Positions 1-8,793 of a stretch of 60,821 nt of DNA are shown here, piece by piece (positions within the stretch are counted from its first letter, which is position 1; every line of letters begins with the position of its first letter). Source of the stretch: an uncultured Candidatus Poseidoniales archaeon (lineage in GTDB: Archaea; Thermoplasmatota; Poseidoniia; Poseidoniales; Thalassarchaeaceae); NCBI GenBank assembly GCA_902530535.1, contig CACAAP010000005.1, forward strand, positions 1 to 60,821, given 5' to 3'. The translations under genes and the position numbers were made by a program. The notes beneath the pieces were generated by a model, which worked only from the letters and a program-made list of their open reading frames with translations, was not told where the DNA came from and ran no database searches.

Positions 1-2358
1 TCTGAAATTGGCACTGGCCACTCCTAGGCTCTGCTTGACCATGGCTGTTCCACCCGTAACCCTTGGTGTTGAGTTGTGTTCAGGATACGGGACTAGGGAG
101 GCGCAAACGCCCATAATGAGTTGGGGGTCTATCTCTACGTGAGTGAACACCAGAACCGTATGATCCTTTTTCTCTTTCCTCTTGAGGGCGTCCATGTTTT
201 CTTGGTAGTAGTTTAGTGGAACCTTGAATTTCTCTGTCTTTGACCCGCCGTTGGGCATAGTTACTTCTGCAGACACCTCGGCATGGGATATTCCATGCTC
301 TCCAAGGTTGGTCCACTCTACATTCGCTGGATTTATGGGGCGTTTGTTCTTTGGGGAGACTGACGGTAAATCGAAAGGTCTTGGAGCTATCAAGAGATCT
401 TCTTCTTCTTCGGCATCTACCCATTCTACAACCCCTCCAGAGACAAGGTCTGAGAATGTGATCTCGCCCGATTCTAATGCTTCCAGGTGCATCTTGGTAA
501 TTTGCAGGCTACCATGATCGATTATGAGAAGTGGTCGTAGCATTCTACCCCTATCGGTGTTGATGAAAACGTCACGATTCTCATGGTCATGCCTGATGCT
601 AACCTCTGGTCTAATCCTACCTGATCTGCGTCTCCTCTTGAATTGGCTTACTAGCTTGTGTGGCCTCTTGTGAAGGCCGAAGATATCTCCGTTAACATGT
701 ATCCTAGAGCCGTCTGCCCAGCCCTCGGGATTATCGTCTACTCCAGCTTCCTTCAAAAGTGCCTTGACATCCTCTTCGGGGACTTCCTCTGAGACGTCTA
801 TCATTTGTGCTGCATTCTTTACAAGGCCGCAATTTTGCCCCTCGGGAGTCTCGTTGGGACACAGCCTGCCCCACTGTGTAGGGTGCAAATCTCTTGCCTC
901 GAAATGGGGCTGGCTTCGAACGAGCGGGCTCGTGACCCTCCTCATGTGAGACAGTGCAGACAAGTATGTCGTCCTATCAAGGAGTTGACTCACTCCTGAC
1001 CTCCCCCCGACCCAGTTTCCTGTTGCAAGGGCATGCATAATCTTGGTTGTAAGGACGTCAGGACGAAGGCACGAAGAAATTCTTAGTTCCCTCTTCCTGT
1101 TGTGGTGTCTCTCCAATTGGTACTTCAAGTCTCGAGCCAGTTGTTGAAGGCTTACCCTGAAGAGATCCTCCACGAGATCGCCGGCTAGACGGACACGCTT
1201 GTTTGCGTAGTGATCCTTGTCATTGGGATCCTTATCCATGATGGCCATCTCTAGAACTTGTCTAGCAATACGGCCTAGGAAAATTGCTTTCTTCTCCCTA
1301 TTATCAAATTTCGATCCTAAGTGAGGCAGTAGTTCGTTATCGAGTAAGTTTTGGATTCTCGATTCTCTGTACTCCTTCTGCTGACCTGCTGCGAACTTCT
1401 TCTCCAGCCAAGCTAGGGCCTCCTCAGATGTGTCGACACCATACTCCTCATTATCCCTAAGATCGTTGAGGTTAGCAACAGTGTACTTCATGGCCTCGGG
1501 AGGTCCTGCAATGGAGGCGAAGATATCCATATCCTTGGCTACTCCAAGTGCTCTCATCAGGAGTACCAGAGGAATGGGAGTAGTTCCAGCACTAGGAATC
1601 TTTACCATTAGCATTCCATCTCTTCTCTTTTCGACGTTTAGTGGCTTCCTTACGCCGTCTTTCTGAGAGAATATTTTCGCAACCTGGGTTTCATGGGCAT
1701 ACTTCTTGTTCTTCTCTACCGTTACCCTGTTTGGAGCGAGATCCTCCATAGAAATCAAAACTCTCTCGGTCCCGTTGATAATGAAGTAACCCCCGGGATC
1801 AAGAGGATCTTCACCGTACTTTCGTAGAAGTTGTGTATATCTCTCCGAATCCTCAGTGGAAGTTTCGGGGGTGAGTCGTCGATTCTCATCTGCATGGTTT
1901 GGGTTCAGGTTGCACCTAGCTGATCTAACCATTATCGGCAAATTCCCTATGTGGACGCTAGTTTCCTCCTGGAATCCCATCTCAGATCCAGGAGATGGGG
2001 GCAAATCGTCACGAAAAATCTTGAAGTCTAGATAGACGGGTGAGAAGTAAGTAAGCTTCCTAAGTCTGCATTCCATTGGAGTTGCATGGTGTTCTGCCCC
2101 GTTGGCCTCCTTAATTGTGGGCCTGCCTAGCCTGAGATTCTTCAGTCGAACAATAATTTCTTTATCCAAAAGATCGAGTTTGACCAATCCTCCCTCGTCA
2201 TCTTCTACTGGTTCGTCACTACCAATCCTAATGTTCCGCACGATTCTCTCCATCCTACTCTCCTTACCGTCTCCGATAGGGATGCAGTCGTTGTACGAAG
2301 CAAGTTGGTGATTCACTAGGCTTCTATGCTTGAAATAACTCTCAACAATCTCTCTCAA
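1..2358 (-). CDS. rpoB: DNA-directed RNA polymerase subunit B (unsplit RpoB), 3'-truncated by window edge
   Basis: Not in the ORF track because it runs off the window. Manual translation: TTG start at 2358 after a GGAGG SD, N-term LREIVESYFKHRSLVNHQLASYNDC. Motifs GGYFIINGTERV, RDLHPTQWGRLCPNETPEGQNCGLVKN, VEWVDAEEEE, THVEIDP, PYPEHNSTPR; B''- and B'-type motifs lie in one frame. Confidence 0.97.
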   Translation of the reverse strand, partial: MREIVESYFKHRSLVNHQLASYNDCIPIGDGKESRMERIVRNIRIGSDEPVEDDEGGLVKLDLLDKEIIVRLKNLRLGRPTIKEANGAEHHATPMECRLRKLTYFSPVYLDFKIFRDDLPPSPGSEMGFQEETSVHIGNLPIMVRSARCNLNPNHADENRRLTPETSTEDSERYTQLLRKYGEDPLDPGGYFIINGTERVLISMEDLAPNRVTVEKNKKYAHETQVAKIFSQKDGVRKPLNVEKRRDGMLMVKIPSAGTTPIPLVLLMRALGVAKDMDIFASIAGPPEAMKYTVANLNDLRDNEEYGVDTSEEALAWLEKKFAAGQQKEYRESRIQNLLDNELLPHLGSKFDNREKKAIFLGRIARQVLEMAIMDKDPNDKDHYANKRVRLAGDLVEDLFRVSLQQLARDLKYQLERHHNRKRELRISSCLRPDVLTTKIMHALATGNWVGGRSGVSQLLDRTTYLSALSHMRRVTSPLVRSQPHFEARDLHPTQWGRLCPNETPEGQNCGLVKNAAQMIDVSEEVPEEDVKALLKEAGVDDNPEGWADGSRIHVNGDIFGLHKRPHKLVSQFKRRRRSGRIRPEVSIRHDHENRDVFINTDRGRMLRPLLIIDHGSLQITKMHLEALESGEITFSDLVSGGVVEWVDAEEEEDLLIAPRPFDLPSVSPKNKRPINPANVEWTNLGEHGISHAEVSAEVTMPNGGSKTEKFKVPLNYYQENMDALKRKEKKDHTVLVFTHVEIDPQLIMGVCASLVPYPEHNSTPRVTGGTAMVKQSLGVASANFR

Positions 2359-2370
2359 TTAAATTCCTCC

Positions 2371-2958
2371 TTATGCGCTCTCCACTATTAGCCTGAATGC
2401 CACTGATTGTCCTGCGGATCTGCTGTATCGAACGACCTTGACAACTCTATTTGCTAGCCATCCAGCAGGAAGCTCATCGTTCTCAGATTCTTCGACCTCC
2501 TTGATAACCTGGATTGCAGGATCGGTAATCAGTATTTTAGGCAGGAGTTCCTTTGCGAGCCTGTCCTTTCCAAAGGCATCATCCGTTCTGAGCCCCCATG
2601 GCTCAAGAATCTGTGCTTCATCCTCTATTGGGACTAGTTCATGATGAGGTACGAGCACATGGTTAAGCACGTTGAATCTGTAGTCCCCAGTAGGGATGTC
2701 CTCGTCCAGAAGTGCCTTGCGGGAGATAGTGATTCTGTTACTCTTACTCCTCTTACGAGAGCCTACGTGTTCACTAATCACGCCCATGATATGCTCAAGT
2801 TCCGAGACACCGTCCTCAAGGCCGACTTTTTTTGCAACCTGCTCCCTGGACATTCGCTTTATTGCATCCAGATTTGCGTCGTCCGCCAACTTGTGTGCGT
2901 GATCCTCCGGGATCCCCAGCTCTATCAATCTCTTTTTTGTTGAGCTCTTTACTGCCAT
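2371..2958 (-). CDS. rpoH: RNA polymerase subunit H (Rpo5) with ~90-aa N-terminal extension
   Basis: C-terminal FNVLNHVLVPHHEL...LPKILITDP...VVKVVRYSRSAG..AFRLIV; directly upstream of rpoB. Confidence 0.92.
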   Translation of the reverse strand: MAVKSSTKKRLIELGIPEDHAHKLADDANLDAIKRMSREQVAKKVGLEDGVSELEHIMGVISEHVGSRKRSKSNRITISRKALLDEDIPTGDYRFNVLNHVLVPHHELVPIEDEAQILEPWGLRTDDAFGKDRLAKELLPKILITDPAIQVIKEVEESENDELPAGWLANRVVKVVRYSRSAGQSVAFRLIVESA

Positions 2959-3004
2959 GACTCTTCCCCCGCCCAGAAAAACGAGGGCCTGAGAAGCCGT
3001 CAGG

Positions 3005-3078
3005 CGGGCCTGAGGGGATTCGAACCCCCGGCCACCGGGTTAAAAGCCCGGCGCTCTACCTGACTAAGCTACAGGCCC
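3005..3078 (-). tRNA. tRNA-Lys (anticodon UUU), intronless, CCA not encoded
   Basis: Reverse complement GGGCCTGTAGCTTAGTCAGGTAGAGCGCCGGGCT-TTT-AACCCGGTGGCCGGGGGTTCGAATCCCCTCAGGCCCG folds as a cloverleaf. Confidence 0.97.
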
Positions 3079-3272
3079 ATGGCTGATGCTGGGCTATCCT
3101 CCGACCATAGGGGTCTTCAAAAGGCTTGCGTATAGCAAAGCTCTCGCAAACCAGCGAGGCGTCCGGGGGGTCGGCTCGTATCTCATTAGTTCGCTTACGA
3201 CATAAAGGTTGTTGAAGTCACGAATAGCCAGTTAACACAACAATTTTGTCTCTAAACGAGTTGAAAAAAATA

Positions 3273-4616
3273 ATGACGAAGACCAAAGTCTCATTGGAAG
3301 GAATTGGGGAGTGGGAGATATTCTCACCTCGGACAGTATATCCTCCAAGGGAGGATTCGTTATTACTATGCAGAGTCATTTCAGAATTTACCCCCATTCC
3401 AGGAGTAAAGGCCCTAGAAATTGGATGCGGATCAGGAATAGTTACTATGGTCTTAGCGACTCTTGGTTGGAAAGTTTCAGCTTGCGACTTGAATCCATTT
3501 GCAGTTTCGGCTACAAGGGGCAATATGGAGAATAACGGAATTCCAGGAAGTCATAGAATTATCGAATCTGGCGTAGGAGAAAATTTAGCAGTCCCAGAGG
3601 GAACAGGATTAGTGATATGGAATCTCCCCTATCTTGAAAGAGGAGATGAGGACGATGAATTTGAGAAAATAGAGGAAATTGCATGGTCTGAAATTCCAGG
3701 GAAGGGTTGGGGCGGAGAGCTACTAAATTTCTTAGATTCCCAACATAATGTGAATGAGTTATTGGCATTGATGGTAATGAAGACAGAACCCGAGGGAAAA
3801 AGCAAGGTCGTTGACTGGGAACGAAGAGGTTGGACATCCCGTACACTTGGTTCGGAGAGATTTGGGGAAGAAAAGATTGAGATTGTGGCTTTTTGGAAGA
3901 CCGGAGCGGGACACACTCCAACTATTATTGATACTTGCTCTTCGACAATGGAAGAAGTGATGGAAATATCAGGTGGAGATTGGGTGAGAGTCATGTCCAA
4001 GATTCAGACGAATGGGAGAGGGAGGAAGAAATCCCAATGGATCTCAGAGGAGGGCGGGGTTTTCGCCACATGGAAATTAGGGTCGCAACTAATTGACGAG
4101 TTCTCTCCGGGAATAATCCAAACTAGTGTTGGAGCTGTTGTTTCCACGGTTCTGGAAGCAGAAATGAAGTGGCCGAACGATATCCTTAACAGAAAAGGAG
4201 AGAAGATGGGAGGGGTCCTTGTAGAGTCTTCGAATGACGAAGGTAGCGGGGTTCGAATTGGGATTGGGATTAATCGATTTGGTTTTTCTAGAGAGGAGGA
4301 AATTCTAGGTTGCGGATGGGAAGAGACCCTCGGTGACGTCGATGCGAAGGAGGTTTTCAACAAAATAGATAGGGGGATTTCTTCTATTTTCGAAAAGACA
4401 GGTTTCTTGCCTCTCCCAAGCAAGGATAGCCTGGTCATCCAATCTTGGAAATCTCTATCAAAATCTCTATCCAGAGGTGTTGCTGTAAGACTGGGCAACG
4501 AAGTAGTTAGACCCTCGGGATTGAACGAGTTGGGTGAGCTACGGGTTACTGGGGGGTCTATTGGAAGTGTAGATATTGGGGATCTAGACATAATTGAGTG
4601 GTTAGGCTACAGGTAG
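3273..4616 (+). CDS. Fusion: HemK2/PrmC-like SAM methyltransferase + biotin-protein ligase (BPL/BirA catalytic domain)
   Basis: N-term VYPPREDSLLL, LEIGCGSG, WNLPY (NPPY-like). C-term SSTMEE, QTNGRGR, KWPND, KMGGVLVES, IGIGIN. ATG at 3273 preferred over TTG 3246. Confidence 0.85.
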   Translation: MTKTKVSLEGIGEWEIFSPRTVYPPREDSLLLCRVISEFTPIPGVKALEIGCGSGIVTMVLATLGWKVSACDLNPFAVSATRGNMENNGIPGSHRIIESGVGENLAVPEGTGLVIWNLPYLERGDEDDEFEKIEEIAWSEIPGKGWGGELLNFLDSQHNVNELLALMVMKTEPEGKSKVVDWERRGWTSRTLGSERFGEEKIEIVAFWKTGAGHTPTIIDTCSSTMEEVMEISGGDWVRVMSKIQTNGRGRKKSQWISEEGGVFATWKLGSQLIDEFSPGIIQTSVGAVVSTVLEAEMKWPNDILNRKGEKMGGVLVESSNDEGSGVRIGIGINRFGFSREEEILGCGWEETLGDVDAKEVFNKIDRGISSIFEKTGFLPLPSKDSLVIQSWKSLSKSLSRGVAVRLGNEVVRPSGLNELGELRVTGGSIGSVDIGDLDIIEWLGYR

Positions 4617-4900
4617 GATTTCACACGTTCCCTTACTAGTCTAATCTTTCCAGAACTAGTGATAGTTTCAAATCCGGAATTCTCATTCAGTGTTGCTAGA
4701 GCCTCTTGATAGTCGGATAGAGATATCTTGAGTATGGCAAATGTTCTTTTGCACTGTTTCTCTAAATCAAATAGTTGCCATTCTAGCCCCTCCAGACTTT
4801 CTGCTAGGAGTTTCTTCAAACTATCTCTTTGGATCGATTGATTTACCTGGATAGCAACCCACCTGTGTTTACCCCTTGCTGCCTTTTTTGGCCTCGGCAT
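4607..4900 (-). CDS. rnp2: Ribonuclease P protein Pop5/Rpp14 family
   Basis: 97 aa, basic, KHRWVAIQV ... TITSSGKIRLVRER pattern. Confidence 0.72.
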   Translation of the reverse strand: MPRPKKAARGKHRWVAIQVNQSIQRDSLKKLLAESLEGLEWQLFDLEKQCKRTFAILKISLSDYQEALATLNENSGFETITSSGKIRLVRERVKSYL

Positions 4901-4931
4901 GGTATCCCGAAGGGGTTTACCTTAACCAATA

Positions 4932-6164
4932 GTGGGTTCACGCAGATGTGTGAACAACGGTACTCATGAAGACCTTCGCAAGTCTGAAAGCGCGTTTACA
5001 ATTTTCTCTGACCCTTCAACTCTCCCCCATATCGCCTTACTCGTGATATTATCAGGTTCACTGTATGGTGCAATGAGTATGGATGTATTCGGATCGGAGA
5101 GCCAAGGCGCAGCAATATTTGTCTCTCTATCACTATCGTACATGGTTGCGGCATTGATTCGTCCCAGCAGACTGGGAAGATTCCTACTTACAGTCGAAAG
5201 CAATGGTGAAGGAGTACTAAAGAGGAAATACCTAACAAAAGGTGTGATTAAGACCCTACCCGTTATTGCCCTAGCAACCTTAATCTGGTACGGCTTTAAC
5301 ACCATTCTAAACAAAGAAAATTTGAACGATTTGAAATTGATTCTAGCAATGATGTTCATTGCAATGTCGTTGTTTCAGGGACTTACTCTGACTGTAGGTT
5401 CTATTGAGTACGGGAAGAAAATCCGAGGTCCGCCCAGAGATAGTAGATCTGGAGTTTATCCAACGCTATTTAGAATATTAATTTCTTTACTTTTACTCAC
5501 ACCTCTAGTTTGGTGGTTTGGATATGGCGCTGTTAATCCCTCAAATGCGAATTTCTCGACCAACTTGGTGTGGTTCATTTTCCTGATCACAATTGTTTTT
5601 CTGGGAGTATTTATGGAGCGTTATACCAAATCATCCAGAGAGGGGGCGGAAGTAGATGGACTAGCTCGAGATAGAGCTTATTTTCTTATTTTCATCACTT
5701 CCTGCTGGCATCTTCTAAGTTCATGGAGAAGGGCTCCATTCACCGTAGATCAGTCTTCAGTCGGCCTCTTTATTGAAGAGAGCATTCTGATGTCAATTAC
5801 TATCGTTTTGGCAGTTTGGTCATTGTCAAAGAAAGGTCATAAGAGAGGTTGGAGAATTTTCCAAGGGCAATCAGCAATTTTCTGGGGAGTGTGTTTCGGA
5901 CTTGCATATTGCGGAAGTGTGTCTTCCTTGACTGTGCTTTCCGAGGGCAGCCTAATGACCACAACTGCTATCGGACATGCTATCACTGCAATTGTGATGT
6001 TAGCGATGTGTCCAATCGCGCTCTCTCGTGTAGGGCTATCCGAGGAATTAGAGGCACAACTTGGGGCTTCAGAGCATTCACTGACTCCTGAGGAAGAGCC
6101 TCATTTCCAACCCGCTGGAGTTGAGGAATCTGTTGAGAATGATATTGTTGAGATAGTTCACTAG
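4932..6164 (+). CDS. Polytopic membrane protein, unknown function (start uncertain)
   Basis: 410-aa ORF with about 10 hydrophobic segments and an acidic C-tail. Confidence 0.7.
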   Translation: MGSRRCVNNGTHEDLRKSESAFTIFSDPSTLPHIALLVILSGSLYGAMSMDVFGSESQGAAIFVSLSLSYMVAALIRPSRLGRFLLTVESNGEGVLKRKYLTKGVIKTLPVIALATLIWYGFNTILNKENLNDLKLILAMMFIAMSLFQGLTLTVGSIEYGKKIRGPPRDSRSGVYPTLFRILISLLLLTPLVWWFGYGAVNPSNANFSTNLVWFIFLITIVFLGVFMERYTKSSREGAEVDGLARDRAYFLIFITSCWHLLSSWRRAPFTVDQSSVGLFIEESILMSITIVLAVWSLSKKGHKRGWRIFQGQSAIFWGVCFGLAYCGSVSSLTVLSEGSLMTTTAIGHAITAIVMLAMCPIALSRVGLSEELEAQLGASEHSLTPEEEPHFQPAGVEESVENDIVEIVH

Positions 6165-7066
6165 AGGCCGCTAACAACGGCTACAAGCCGTAATCTTCCA
6201 ACTAAATCATCGCTTGCTCTAGCACCAAGAATAACCTGGCAATCCTCATCTAGGGTTGATACGAAGGCCTCTGAAACCATGTTCAGGTGACCTAGCGTCA
6301 TATCTGGTCCCCCCTCCACTTGTATCATACATCCTTTGGCCCCATCGATCGATATCTCTGATAGGGGTGAGTTTCTTGCCATTCTAACGACCTCGTCTGG
6401 ATCTGAAGTAGCCCCATTACCGACTATCAATGTCGCATTACCTGGCCTACCAACTATTGTTCGAAGGTCCATCAGATCGAGATTCATCTTCCCGACCCTG
6501 GCTAGAGTTGTAACCAGACCTTCGATTAATTCCCCTATCCATTCGGACCCCATCTTCCAGTCAGATTGACGATGCCTGGCCTGCCAGGCAAGTCTCTCAA
6601 GGCTGACTCGAATGCACAGATCAGAGTTCCTCTCTATTGCGGGAATGGCCTTGTCTGCAATAGCGGAACGTAGAGGTTGTTCGGCAAAGGGCATTCCAAC
6701 AATACTGATGACAAGGCTTCCTGCCTCTGAGGATCGAGCAGCAATTTCTGCGGCCGCTCCGGAACCAGTTCCCCCTCCTAAGGCGGCAAGGATGATTACG
6801 AGTTCCGAGTTTTTTAGCATCCCTTGGATGTTGGCTACTCCCTCGTTGAGACGATGTGCTGCCAAATTTGGCAGTGCGGCTGTTCCATTTCCACTTCCTG
6901 ATGCATCCAGATGAAGGCAATGGGCTTCAAATTCAGAAGAGAAAGAAGATTCATCAGCGTCAATAAGCAATAACTCGGAGAGTTGTTGACACCTCCCATG
7001 TGCACGTGAGGACCACTTGCAACCTATTCCACCGACGCCCACAATTAGTATGGAGCCTGGTTCCAT
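6161..7066 (-). CDS. Divergent FtsZ/tubulin-family GTPase
   Basis: IVGVGGIG, LGGGTGSG tubulin signature, T7-like MNLDLMD, C-terminal GAKGCMIQVEGGPDMTL...VILGA...VVSGL. Confidence 0.85.
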   Translation of the reverse strand: MEPGSILIVGVGGIGCKWSSRAHGRCQQLSELLLIDADESSFSSEFEAHCLHLDASGSGNGTAALPNLAAHRLNEGVANIQGMLKNSELVIILAALGGGTGSGAAAEIAARSSEAGSLVISIVGMPFAEQPLRSAIADKAIPAIERNSDLCIRVSLERLAWQARHRQSDWKMGSEWIGELIEGLVTTLARVGKMNLDLMDLRTIVGRPGNATLIVGNGATSDPDEVVRMARNSPLSEISIDGAKGCMIQVEGGPDMTLGHLNMVSEAFVSTLDEDCQVILGARASDDLVGRLRLVAVVSGL

Positions 7067-7100
7067 GGATTCCGAACCGAGGTAGCCAGTTTATATTGTT

Positions 7101-7406
7101 CTAATCGTAATCCAAATATCGTCGGTATCTTCTTCTTTCATCTCTTGCCCAAGCATTTTCTGGTTCCAGCAACAGTACCTTGTCGTAGTACTCAATGGCG
7201 ATCTCGAAATCTGAGAGGTGCCTTCCATTGAGGTGCCCGAGTACATTCAAGGCCGGGATACATTTTGAATCAAACTTAATCATTGAAAGAAGAATCTCCT
7301 CAGCTTCGCTAATTTCCATGGATTCCATCTTATCCTCTGCCTCCTCAAGTTGAGTGATTTGTTCGGGACTGAGTGAGTAGGTATTCTTCCACCTTGGGGA
7401 GGCCAT
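7101..7406 (-). CDS. Small TPR-repeat protein
   Basis: ALNVLGHL...AIEYYDKVLLLEPENAWA TPR pattern; ATG 7406 likely start. Confidence 0.75.
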   Translation of the reverse strand: MASPRWKNTYSLSPEQITQLEEAEDKMESMEISEAEEILLSMIKFDSKCIPALNVLGHLNGRHLSDFEIAIEYYDKVLLLEPENAWARDERRRYRRYLDYD

Positions 7407-7460
7407 GATTGTGCACGCAAGACTAGGTGTTTGAAATTTTTTGAAAAAGAGCATTATGTT

Positions 7461-7477
7461 CGGCCCCGTAGGGGCCG
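7461..7477. promoter_or_regulatory. Perfect GC-rich inverted repeat CGGCCCC-GTA-GGGGCCG in a divergent promoter region
   Basis: 7-bp perfect inverted repeat about 10 nt upstream of TATA-like TTAATAT (~7488), in front of the Rieske/cyt b operon. Confidence 0.35.
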
Positions 7478-7541
7478 TAGTGGAACGTTAATATCCCCCT
7501 TTTTTCTGGGTCAAATGTAGCAGATGCTAGGTGAACGAAAG

Positions 7542-8345
7542 ATGGCATCTAGACAGAAGACACTTGTTCTAATCTTAGTATCAGTATTTGTTGCAGGGTC
7601 TGGTGAGGCTTTGCATAGTGGTGTCGGAGGAAATGCGAATGGCCAAGGTGAGGTTTCCATCGCTGGGTGCACCTGTCATGCAGAGGAGCCAGACAATTCT
7701 GTTACAGTGATTATCGATGGAGTTCCTTTCCACTATGCACCGGATACCTCCTACGAGATGAAGCTACAGCTAATTGGAGGGCCTGAGGCAAATCTTGATT
7801 CGCATACTGCCGGATTTGCCATGAGGGTCAGTGAGGGGTCGCTTGGCGCATCGGAAGGATTCGAGTCAATGGTCCAAAATTGGGAAGGAGATGTGACCAC
7901 CCTAACACACACCGATGCAGGATCGAGAACCTCCGATAGGTCGTGGATGTTTGTTTGGACGAGTCCGTCTGAAGGTTCGGGTTCAGTGGTTTTCAATGTT
8001 GCAGGGAACTCAGTAAATGGGGATTTAGCCCCATCTAGTCTAGACCGTTGGAATCGCCTTACTGCCAGCATTGACGAAGGTGAAGACAATGGAAGGACAA
8101 AAACCGTTTTCTCAGGAAATGGGGACATAAACCCCCCAGCCCCAGTTGAAGGAAAGAAAGACATTCACAAAATGGGAGCTAAACTCCTAGCCCACTGGTT
8201 GGGACTCCTTGGATTCGGAGCAGTAATGCTGGTTATTTTGTTCTGCGGGCTATTCCTTAGATACGGATTCTCCAGGCATTACAAGGGTAGAAGTAACCTA
8301 CTGAAGCTAAGAATAAAACATCTTAGAAGAGGCGATCAACTATGA
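7542..8345 (+). CDS. Secreted, C-terminally membrane-anchored reeler-like (choice-of-anchor V-like) protein with CxCH motif
   Basis: SD AGGTGA then ATG 7542; signal peptide ending GEA; GCTCH; reeler-like AGFAM, LTHT, WMFVWTSP, VVFNVAGNSVNGD; C-terminal TM plus basic tail. Confidence 0.75.
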   Translation: MASRQKTLVLILVSVFVAGSGEALHSGVGGNANGQGEVSIAGCTCHAEEPDNSVTVIIDGVPFHYAPDTSYEMKLQLIGGPEANLDSHTAGFAMRVSEGSLGASEGFESMVQNWEGDVTTLTHTDAGSRTSDRSWMFVWTSPSEGSGSVVFNVAGNSVNGDLAPSSLDRWNRLTASIDEGEDNGRTKTVFSGNGDINPPAPVEGKKDIHKMGAKLLAHWLGLLGFGAVMLVILFCGLFLRYGFSRHYKGRSNLLKLRIKHLRRGDQL

Positions 8346-8791
8346 AAGACGATACGGTAATGAGGCTTTTGCGACAAGTAAAGTCCGGAAAGGTCAGCGT
8401 AGAAGATGCCAGAGTGGCTCTTGAAGATGCCGCGCTGACGGAAGAGTCCTTCGAAGCAGCAGTCAATCATGGAGTATTCAACGAAGTGAAGCCCGGGACA
8501 ATTGTAAGAGCTAGTCTTGCACCTTCCGGGGATTCGTGGCTTATCATAATGGTAGGACTATGGGGGATTCTTTGGACTCTTTATTGGGCGGGAGCCCTAG
8601 CATACGGACTATACCAACACTGGGATCAACAACTGCTCGCATTCAATCTGGCAATGACTCTTCTCACACTAATAATCATGGGGATTGTGTATCTAAAATA
8701 TGTACTTCCAGACGTGATAATTGTCAAGCATAGGAGAAACAAGTACATCACAAGTCACGATACAAACTCTTGGAAAAAGTATGAGGTCTGA
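8342..8791 (+). CDS. Small 2-TM membrane protein, probable accessory subunit of the Rieske/cyt b operon
   Basis: ATGA overlap with upstream gene; short helical N-term (LLRQVKSGKVSVEDA); two hydrophobic helices. Confidence 0.7.
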   Translation: MKDDTVMRLLRQVKSGKVSVEDARVALEDAALTEESFEAAVNHGVFNEVKPGTIVRASLAPSGDSWLIIMVGLWGILWTLYWAGALAYGLYQHWDQQLLAFNLAMTLLTLIIMGIVYLKYVLPDVIIVKHRRNKYITSHDTNSWKKYEV

Positions 8792-8793
8792 AA

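Noticed and set aside
80-2311. Short ORFs listed in the first 2.3 kb
   Set aside because: Shadow frames of rpoB, which the track missed because it runs off the window edge
3005-3078. tRNA-Lys as an integration site
   Set aside because: No integrase or duplicated tRNA 3' end seen; flanked by core genes
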